Source: Auanema rhodensis
Taxonomy: Eukaryota > Animalia > Nematoda
Length of the DNA: 64,000 nucleotides
Direction of reading: 5' to 3'
NCBI GenBank assembly: GCA_964057225.1
Contig: OZ059899.1
Span: 10,664,001-10,728,000, forward strand
Every line of letters begins with the position of its first letter. Position 1 is the first letter of the stretch. This document shows positions 36,523 to 45,610 of the stretch, in pieces. The notes under the pieces were generated by a model. It searched no databases. It was given only the letters and a program-made list of their open reading frames with translations, and was not told the origin of the DNA. The translations under genes were made by a program, and so were the position numbers.

Positions 36523-36750
36523 AATGGATAACGCGTCTGCTTACGGAGCAGAAAATTCTGCCGTACGTTATAATAATAATAACTCGCAGAACGGGAATAC
36601 GAATAGGCTTCTTAACCCGGGAAACTGCCCATTTGCCAATGGCAGAAATGCCAATAGTTCGTCTTGGAACCCTAGGCCTGGTTCCCCAAAGAAGACAAAG
36701 ACCATCAGACAATGGGAATGGTAACTCGAGGGTATACAGCGTAGCGACCC

Positions 36751-37125
36751 GAGCATAATTCAACTTGCTCGTGGTCCACTGAAGAATGTGCAGAAGTTGA
36801 ACAATTTGTATTGAAGCAAGGGATAATAACTAGATTGAAAGAAGATCACATTGTATCAGATTTATTTATAAATACTGATAATTGTAAAGGAAATGAAGGG
36901 TTTTGTGCAACTGGTAAAGATGCAGTTATCTGGCAACCACCTATCCCATCAGTTCTCTGTCATTATCAAAAACTCGGCCCCTTCTCCGCCATGTTGGGTG
37001 ATCATATTCTTCTAGTTCACTCTAATGAAAGCGCTTTTGTTCTCCACAATAATTACATATCCGCTCACGTTCAATCTTGTTTTGAATTCGCTGTTTTTGA
37101 ATCATCTTCTGAGGCAATTATCCGA
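36751..37125 (+). pseudogene. env: Env glycoprotein middle fragment (inverted arm)
   Basis: EHNSTCSWSTEECAEVEQFVLKQGII...NCKGNEGFCATGKDAVIWQ...CHYQKLG: Cys/Trp pattern of gB/chuvirus-like ectodomains; continues the minus-strand env. Confidence 0.7.
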
Positions 37126-37128
37126 CGA

Positions 37129-37575
37129 CACATTCTTCAGTGGACCACGAGCAAGTTGAATTATGCTCGTTTAATGGTGTTTCAAAAACTGAATGATGTT
37201 GGGCATTCATGATTTTATCATTCCACATATGATTTCTCTGTGCTCTAACACAGTTTTTCTTATCTACTGTTTCAATATGAGAAAATGTGGTGTTACGATC
37301 TCTCAAAAACATGAAATCTCTCACACAGCTTTTAGACTTTTTCACATAGCATTTCCATGCTTCCCATGACTCTATCTCAGCTTTTGGTAGATATATTTCT
37401 ACCTCAACACTGTGAGCCTTTTCAATTTCTGCCTTATGGCAGCCTGTGACTACAGGAGGAGTTACTAATATACCCCCTTCAGATTGAGCACAAATCTGAT
37501 ATTTTGCCGACCCAATGGGAAGGCATGAGAGTGCCAATAAAGCCAGGCACAACGTGACCGGTGGCATGAATGGGG
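37129..37575 (-). pseudogene. env: Env glycoprotein N-terminal fragment with signal peptide
   Basis: PFMPPVTLCLALLALSCLPIGSA-KYQICAQSEGGILVTPPVVTGC, homologous to YQLCIGKRGGIFLEPPRPTTC at ~8386; then VEIYLP...AWKC...C...C. Confidence 0.75.
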
Positions 37576-37639
37576 TCGCTACGCTGAATACCCTCGAGTT
37601 ACCATTCCCATTGGCTGATGGTCTTATAGATTATCATTA

Positions 37640-38237
37640 TACATTATAGATTATCTTCATTTCTCTTTATGAACCTATTCCGAACGCCTTCTTCAAACCT
37701 AGCTAATTTCTTAACTTGTTCATAAGTGGCGGGGTTTTTAGTTTAAACCGCAATACCCAGTTCCTCTTTTAAACCATTCAAAAAGCCGTTTTCAACATTG
37801 GTTCCCGTTCGGGATCCATTGTTGACATTATGGTGCTTGCCATTCTCTCTAATTCCATACTAAAATCAAGAACAGATTTATCTCCTTGTTGTACTCGATG
37901 AATAAGCGCTATGGTGAAATTTTTATCTGTTTTAGGCGCTAAAAGCTCAGTGAGCAAATCCAAAAACAATCCATGGGCCATTAGTTTTTATGCCACTAGG
38001 AATACTATTATACAAGGAGAGAGCTGTTTCATTTGATTCCAGAAGAAGAGGTAAAATTAATAGTCTCTCAGGTAAGCTTAGATTCATAACATTAAAAAAT
38101 CTATTTAAAGATTCAACAAAAGAACGAAAGCTACGAGAGCCGTCATACCTGGGACAGAGATGGCAATTCAAAATAGTTGCCATATTTCTAGAGGGTGGAG
38201 CAACATTGGAATTGGGAGATGGCGAAGTAGGAGTCAT
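37640..38237 (-). pseudogene. gag: Gag capsid region with frameshift and stops
   Basis: CPRYDGSRSF...ERLLILPLLL, VQQGDKSVLDFSMEL, AF*NGLK...KNPATYEQV; homologous to the gag at 7120. Confidence 0.8.
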
Positions 38238-38672
38238 TTTTTTTTCAAAAGTTTTAGTTATAGCAGCGGCCCACCGATTTGGTGATCTATCTCGTACTGC
38301 AGTAGGTCCGAGGTGTTTCCTCAGTGATGGCCTTTTTGCTTTTACTTTTCGTTCTAATTGTTAGAGAAGAAGAGTGAGAAGATGAAGAGGAACTACCTTC
38401 TTCTCTCAAAAATTCTAAAGGAAAGAGGTAGGTGGATGGAGTATTTAAGTTTTTAAAATTAAATTCAAAAACTTGGCGTACCTCTGGTGATCCTTGTTCC
38501 TGATCTTTGTTGTCCTCGCTGATGTCCGAGTCCGACAGGGTGGCTGGTGAATACAGTTAGATGAATATAAGAGCGCGTACTGGAAGCAACTAGACTCCAG
38601 TAAAAACGTTTGTGACAATGGCGTCTGATGAAGGAGGATCGTTGAAGCTTCAAGCTCCGCCTCCAGCCATGT

Positions 38673-38684
38673 GTCACGACACCA
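38673..38684 (-). promoter_or_regulatory. Candidate primer-binding site
   Basis: Minus strand reads ...TAACA-TC-TGGTGTCGTGAC (LTR-like CA end, 2-nt spacer, TGG) upstream of gag; priming tRNA not identified. Confidence 0.45.
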
Positions 38685-39199
38685 GATGTTAGCGCTTATG
38701 GTAAACAACCATTGACCATCTGTCGTGATATTTGAATATTATAATGACTAATCTCAGCTTAGAGACAAATAAGGAATCACAGATGGTGCCTTAAGCAGAT
38801 GGTGCTTTAAGCCTGTTTGAAAATTTTTGAATTTTAACAACTGTTATTGACTACACATGCCGTACAGCCAACTATTTGAATGTGAGTGAGCTTAAAGTAA
38901 TCAAAAATGTCTCATCTCGTATAGTTTAGTTAGTATTATGAAATTTATTTAGATTTGTAGAAAAAATTTCGAAATAAATCTTAATTAAGATAATTTTTGT
39001 TTAATCTGTCAATAATATAGAAAAAAGGATCAATAATCTAATCAATAATCTGTCAATAATATAGAAAAAAGGAAACTTTGGCAGACGTAGAGTGGACTTG
39101 GGTGAGTAGAAATTTAAATATTCTTATTATCTCTGAACTAATAAGAAAAGAGTTAACAGGAGTAGAACCCTGATGAACCCTTGGATGTGAATCAAAATC

Positions 39200-40520
39200 A
39201 AAAATCGTAAGTAAAATTATCCCAACAGCCTCCAGCTTCCAAACAACTCAGCTCAAAAGTGAGCTCTGTTGCCACACTGGACATTCACATAATAAAGTAA
39301 TGAATCAAAATAGCACGCGCGTGCATAACAAAAAGATAACGCTTGTCAAAACTATTGTCTGATAGTTTCCCCAAACGTCTCAGACACCTCCCAGTTTTCG
39401 TTGAAAAGTGGTAGCCAAGATAATTGTGGGAAAATCATGGTGCACGGCTCGGTTACTCCTCACTGTTGGGTAGTTAAGTCGAAAAGTCTCGTAAACTTGC
39501 TGTCAATAAATAGCATACTTGAGAGAAGGTTATTACCGTAACGTAAAGAAACGTTTCCTCAAGCCTATTGAAAAAAAGATTCTTCTCTGGTTCTTTCTTC
39601 ATGCTTTTTACCCATGGAAAAGAGAAGAATGGAGCAGCAGGAAGGACAGAAATAAAAAGCAGCACTCAGCTTTGCTAGGTTTTTGGCCCAGTTGTCATCA
39701 CAAGTGACCGGTTCAAGAATGAGGGGTGGGCAAAAAGAAGTACCGCTGAGAACAAGTATAGTCAATAACACACGAATTGAAATAACTCACTGCTCATCGA
39801 TGTGTCTTCTCACAGCTAAGTAGCTTATAATAACCATTCTTGAATTGCGAGGAATGAACATAATGACCTCTTTCGCTGCAGTCGTACCACACATCAAGCT
39901 ACTCTTACCAGATCTGACAAATATAACACATAAAAATTGAACTAGAAACAAAACGGGAACTCACTTTTATCTACCTTTCAGGTTGCCGTAGAGATAGGTC
40001 TCATAAGCTTGTCTTGGTATCATGGTCTTAAAACAACCTCCAAAGAGGTAGGGAGTCGAGTCATTAAACTGGAACAGGGACGGTAACAAGGACATCAATT
40101 TTAAGGCGTTCCGGGGCTAAAACTAGAACTGTAACATATAAAACAAGAAGAACTGACGTTTTTCCTTCTAAATTCCGCGGTGTCCTGCTCATAGGCGATT
40201 ACAATCATCAGATAATGTATTTGTAGTAACAAATATTTCTGAAGCTCAAGTTGTGGTTTCAAGCTAACTAAAGCGGCAGGTAGCTAAAAAATGATGGTAC
40301 TATTTGGAAAATGAAAAAAATTGACTCACGATGAAGGTTGACTTCAACCTTTTCTCCATCTCAGCCCTTGCGATATCTAAACCTTTATCCAAAACGGATT
40401 TTCGAAAACAGAAATCAGATATCGTATCGAAGATTTGTGTTAATGTTTTGACCATTAATCGCTCGAAAATAAGCAGCAAGCTTAAGAAGGAAGAAGGAAC
40501 AAACAAGAAGCAAGTTTGAG
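39200..40520 (-). pseudogene. Decayed multi-exon gene of unknown function, weak tyrosine-recombinase-like motifs
   Basis: Exons bounded by TTTTAG/TGTCAG/TCTCAG acceptors and GTGAGT donors; peptides FKTMIPRQAYETYLYGNL and SGKSSLMCG...VIMFIPRNSRMVIISYLAVRR; in-frame stop present. Confidence 0.35.
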
Positions 40521-40706
40521 GTATTATAACAAAGCTAACGATATGCGTCCGCGACGCGTTATAGGCGCGCTGTAAATAACGTTCACATTTTAGTAAAGAT
40601 TATGCCGCATGAAATGCAACATATAATGGGGTTTAAATACTGGAAGTTGAAGGCCAATTATATTATTATTCTCTATAATCTTTTTTTTTTTCATATTTTC
40701 ATATAG

Positions 40707-41325
40707 GTTATGAATCGAAGGAGTGTGGAAGATGGGCGTGGTTTGGAAAATAGCAGGCTTTTAAACTCTATCAGAGAAGTCGACTGGGAGGGTTTGGAGA
40801 TTAAAACGAAGGAACCAATAGGGCGAGGTAAAATTTTTATGTTAAATTACTCATTAATATTTCAATTAGGGGTGTTTGCAACTCAATCTTTTCAAAAAAA
40901 TGTAAAAAAAAACTGATGATGTTGTGGAGGATTATATGGATGATTTCGCTATCATTATTCCGGGTCGCATTGAAAAAAATGGATAATTTCCTGCTCAAAA
41001 GTTTGCTGACGTGAAAGAGAAAAGATACTTTGGAAACCTGTTGAACCACGCAGAGCATTCTCCCGCTAACTGCACCTTCAAGATGCACACGATAGCCAAT
41101 GAAAAGTACATTATGATCAAGACAAAAAGGGTCATCGCTAAAGGGGAACAACTTCTTATTGACTATTATGAGTATGTTCACTTTTCGTCATTGTATAATG
41201 AATTGGTTTTCCAGAGGAGGATGCAGAGCTTCAAGAAGAACATACCCATACATTTGTTGCAAATGCCCGAATAAATGGTGTAACTGTGAGAAACACGGTG
41301 GTGTCGTTTTCGCGGACCCAGAGTT
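40707..41325 (+). pseudogene. SET-domain (SET8/KMT5A-like) lysine methyltransferase exons with Cys-rich post-SET region, disrupted
   Basis: GLEIKTKEPIGR|GVFATQSF (intron 40828-40869), FGNLLNHAEHSPANC, IAKGEQLLIDYY|EGGC...CCKCPNKWCNC; frameshift and TAA at ~40900-40990. Confidence 0.8.
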
Positions 41326-41349
41326 GTTACCTATCTCATTATAATAATA

Positions 41350-42855
41350 TTTCTTACTTTTAGAGCCTACAATGAATTTCCTCCAGATCAACAGCTGGTT
41401 GACAAAGAAAAACGTTTTTGCCCATTTTGCCAAAAAAAAAAAATTATTACGTGGTAAAGTTTTGTAGTCAGTGTACATTATCTGTGAATGTTCAATATAA
41501 TTAAGGTGTCGAAAAAAACAACAAAAATGGACCGGCTGTTGAGTTGGTGGAGCAATTTCAGCAAATGGACCAGCAACCTGTGCCGGTTATGCAAGGGACT
41601 CCAGATGATATCGTTGAAACCCAAGCCGTTGAACAGGAGTATCCACACTTGGTTCGTTTACAGATGGAGTGGACTTCAGTTTTTTATTTCAGAAGTCAGT
41701 CCGGTATGAATTCAGGATGAGTCAGTGTCGCATAATCAAGGAGCTGTGGTTTTTTTTGCCAGATGCTTCATCACATCAGCTGTTAACCTGGTTGAATAAG
41801 CTCGACGATGGACTTTCCATGTGCCCATTAAAGAAGCAGACTTACTCAGAAGAAGATGCTCGCGTAAATTTTATATGAATACGTTATTTTAAATTGATTT
41901 TACTCTTACAGCTTCGCAGATGTTCCAAAATTAAAGTATCCACCTATAGGGCCTTGTCATTGCTGATCTACTTCTCTATGCGCCAATATGGTAAAGCTGA
42001 TGTATCCTTAAAAGAATTACTTCAGGTTTGTTCCAGTACTAATTATTTTCTAATTCATGATTAAGAGTGCTGAAACAATTAAGAGAAGAATTGAGTTAAT
42101 AACCGACGAAACTGCAAAACAATCGGTTCTAGAATTTACTAAAAATTCTAGTAGAGCTCTCGCTGTCATCCGTCAAAAGTTTTTTAATGATTCTGATTTT
42201 TTGGGTCTGGTTCAGACCATGGGGCATATCAGAAACCTAGTTGAGCCCGTAAGAACTGAAGTCTGATTTAAAAAAGAACGAAATATTTCATTCAGATCAT
42301 ACAGAGAGATCAATTGCGGAAAAAAATGAATAAATCGCTACCAACGTTTTACACCATGTACAGAAAATTCATTCTCCTCTGGAAGATTACAAAATTATCT
42401 TCTGACATACGAGTCAATGGAAAGTAAAGCGATAACTTAATGCTGAAAGAAAAAACATGATTAAACTTTCAGGAAAGAGAGCGAACAGCAAGATATTGTT
42501 CAGTGTTGCTATGCACTCATCTCCTAGACAACCTTGGGTTGTCGTGATCGGAGCAGAGCTAAAAAAATATTTTTTATTCTACATAAGAATGAGGTCAGTC
42601 TCCAGCTAAGTTTAATGTAACAATATTTTAATCACAGGAAAGAGTTGTATCCTGAAAACTTAAAGTTGTTCTCGAAGTCCTCTTCGGACAACATTAACGG
42701 AGTCATTGAGTCCATGAAAGACTTGGATGAGTTTTTTCCTGGGGTCGAAAAACAATGGATATAAGAAGAACTTACGTCTTCGCTATTGATGCGTTCAACG
42801 TGGAGGACAAGGACAGCAGACGGTTATTGGCACGGTGTCATGCTATGATAACTCA
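41350..42855 (+). pseudogene. Downstream exons, probably of the same gene, ending in a tyrosine-recombinase-like region truncated by the satellite
   Basis: Short GT-AG introns; peptides SGRLQNY, LFSVAMHSS..QP.VVVI...LKKYFLFYIRMRKELYPENLKLF, TMDIRRTYV...DSRRLLARCH. Confidence 0.5.
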
Positions 42856-43507
42856 TCAATGTTCAAACTAAGACGACTGTGATGAGAGAAATTTTTAAAG
42901 CAGGAAAAACTAGTTCTTTTCTTTCTAATTTCCATTCCAAATGCTTTCGAATTCCAGGAAAATATATAAGGCCTTGTTCAACTAAAATTTCAGAAACTCT
43001 TATGAGAAAAAACTAAGACAATTGTGATGAGAGAAATTAAGAGAAAACCTATGGTGCTGACATTACATTTTTCGACAATATCACTAGATTCGATATCATT
43101 GATATCCTGGAAACGTTATTCCTCTCCTTTTTTTATATCAAACGAGAGTTTTATGTAATCGTAGAGAAATCAGGATCAGTCTGTTCTGTTGGAGAACTGT
43201 AATACATAAAAGTTCAATCTAATAGGCTTTTTATCGCAGTTAATGTACAAGTTTAAATTGGATATCTAACAATCTTTTTCATTTTATTTCTTATTGTTTG
43301 TTTTAAAGTAGAAAAAACTAGTTCTTTTCTTTCTAATTTCCATCCAAAATACTTGCAAATTCCAGGAAATTATATATGTTGACAACAAAAAAACTTCTTA
43401 AAAAACGTTTTGTTCAACTGTGTAATTCTTATAACACGTTGCAAAAAAAAATCATTGAAAACATAAATTCGATTTTTATGAAAGACAAAAGAAATGAAAA
43501 AAAATGA

Positions 43508-43580
43508 CGACCACGGCAGGATTCGACCCTACAATTTTCTGCTCCGTAAGCAGACGCGTTATCTATTGCGCCACGCGGCC
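43508..43580 (-). tRNA. tRNA-Arg-ACG: tRNA-Arg(ACG), degenerate (D-loop AATAGAT, T54G)
   Basis: 73 nt; T-loop GTCGAAT. Confidence 0.72.
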
Positions 43581-44524
43581 TTGTTCAAGTAAGATTTCAG
43601 AAACTTTTATGATAGAAAAAACTGAGACGATTGTGATGAGAGAAATTAACAGAAAAACTATGGAGCTGACATTACATTTTTCGACAATATCAGTAGATTC
43701 GAAATAATTGATATCCTGGAAACGTTATTCCTCTCCTTTTTTATATCAAACGGAAGTTTTATGTAATCGTAGAGAAATCAAGATCAGTCTGTTCTGTTGA
43801 AGAACTGTAAGACAGAAAATTTCAATCTAATAGGCTTTTTATCGAAGTAAATGTACAAGTTTAAATTGGATATCTAACAATCTTTTTTATTTTATTTCTT
43901 TTTGTTTGTTTTAAAGTAGGAAAAATTAGTTCTTTTATTCCTAATTTGCATTCCAAATGCTTTCGAATTCCAGGAAAATACATAAGGCCTTGTTCAACTG
44001 AGATTTCAGAAACTCTTATGAGAAAAAAAACTAAGACAATTGTGATGAGAGAAATTAACAGAAAAACTATGGAGCTGACATTACATTTTTCGACAATATC
44101 AGTAGATTCGAAATAATTGATATCCTGGAAACGTTATTCCTCTCCTTTTTTTATATCAAACGAGAGTTTCATGTAATCATAGAGAAATCAGGATCAGTCT
44201 GTTTTGTTGGAGAACTGTAAGACATAAAAGTTCAATCCAATAGGCTTTTTATCGAAGTAAATGTACAAGTTTAAATTGGATATCTAACAATCTTTTTCAT
44301 TTTATTTCTTTTTGTTTGTTTTAAAGTAGAAAAAACTAGTTCTTTTCTTTCTAATTTTCATTAAAATACTTTCGAATTCCAGGAAAATATATATGTTGAC
44401 AACAAAGAAACTTCTCAAAAAACGTTTTGTTCAACTGTGTAATTCTTATAACACGTTGCAAAAAAAAATCATTGAAAACATAAATTCGATTTTCATGAAT
44501 GACAAAAGAAATGAAAAAAATTCG

Positions 44525-44597
44525 CGATTACGGCAGGATTCGAACCTACAATCTTCTGCTCCGTAGGCAGACGCGTTATCAATTGCGCCACGCGGCC
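44525..44597 (-). tRNA. tRNA-Arg-ACG: tRNA-Arg(ACG), intact B box but damaged D-loop and acceptor stem
   Basis: GGTTCGAATCC present; D-loop AATTGAT; 3' end CGTAATCG. Confidence 0.72.
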
Positions 44598-45133
44598 TTT
44601 TTCAAGTAAGATTTCAGAAACTCTTATGAAAAAAAAACTAAGACGATTGTGATGAGAGAAAATAACAGAAAAACTATGAAGATGACATTACATTTCTCTA
44701 CAATATCACTAGATTCGATATCATTGGTATCCTCGAAACGTTATTTCTCTTCTTTTTTTATATCAAACGGAAGTTTTCTGTAATCGTAGAGAAATCAAGA
44801 TCAGTCTGTTCTGTTGAAGAACTGTAAGACAGAAAATTTTAATCTAATAGGCTTTTTTATCAAAGTAAATGAACAAGTTCAAATTGAATATCTAACAATC
44901 TTTTTCATTTTATTTCTTATTGTTTGTTTTAAAGTAGGAAAAACTAGTTCTTTTCTTTCTAATTTCCATCCAAAATACTTGCAAATTCCAGGAAAATATA
45001 TATGTTGACAACAAAAAAACTTCTTAAAAAACGTTTTGTTCAACTGTGTAATTCTTATAACACGTTGCAAAAAAAAATCATTGAAAACATAAATTCGATT
45101 TTTATGAAAGACAAAAGAAATGAAAAAAAATGA

Positions 45134-45206
45134 CGACCACGGCAGGATTCGACCCTACAATTTTCTGCTCCGTAAGCAGACGCGTTATCTATTGCGCCAC
45201 GCGGCC
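45134..45206 (-). tRNA. tRNA-Arg-ACG: tRNA-Arg(ACG), degenerate (same as 43508)
   Basis: 73 nt; T-loop GTCGAAT. Confidence 0.72.
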
Positions 45207-45610
45207 TTGTTCAAGTAAGATTTCAGAAACTTTTATGATAGAAAAAACTGAGACGATTGTGATGAGAGAAATTAACAGAAAAACTATGGAGCTGACATTA
45301 CATTTTTCGACAATATCAGTAGATTCGAAATAATTGATATCCTGGAAACGTTATTCCTCTCCTTTTTTATATCAAACGGAAGTTTTATGTAATCGTAGAG
45401 AAATCAAGATCAGTCTGTTCTGTTGAAGAACTGTAAGACAGAAAATTTCAATCTAATAGGCTTTTTATCGAAGTAAATGTACAAGTTTAAATTGGATATC
45501 TAACAATCTTTTTTATTTTATTTCTTTTTGTTTGTTTTAAAGTAGGAAAAATTAGTTCTTTTTTTCCTAATTTGCATTCCAAATGCTTTCGAATTCCAGG
45601 AAAATACATA

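Larger units (their letters stand above)
17515..36564 (+). repeat. Inverted block of the tRNA-Arg array: 26 units (18 of ~606 bp, 8 of ~1053 bp containing a solo LTR)
   Basis: GGCCGCGTGGCGCAAT (or A1 variant) recurs at 606-607 or 1053-1055 bp spacing on the plus strand. Confidence 0.95.
36565..38839. mobile_element. Second gag-env LTR retroelement fragment, rearranged as a fold-back
   Basis: Minus-strand gag and env N-terminus; plus-strand gag tail and env middle; two inverted overlaps; candidate PBS and LTR upstream. Confidence 0.75.
42865..45610 (+). repeat. Mixed array of ~409-bp tRNA-less units and three ~608-bp tRNA-bearing units
   Basis: AATATATAAGGCC (deleted) and AATATATATGTTGAC...CACGCGGCC (full) units are interleaved. 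Confidence 0.93.

Noticed and set aside
38600-38640. Plus-strand LTR end and PBS (TGTGACA-A-TGGCGTC)
   Set aside because: It points away from the adjacent minus-strand gag, and no plus-strand retroelement ORF follows.
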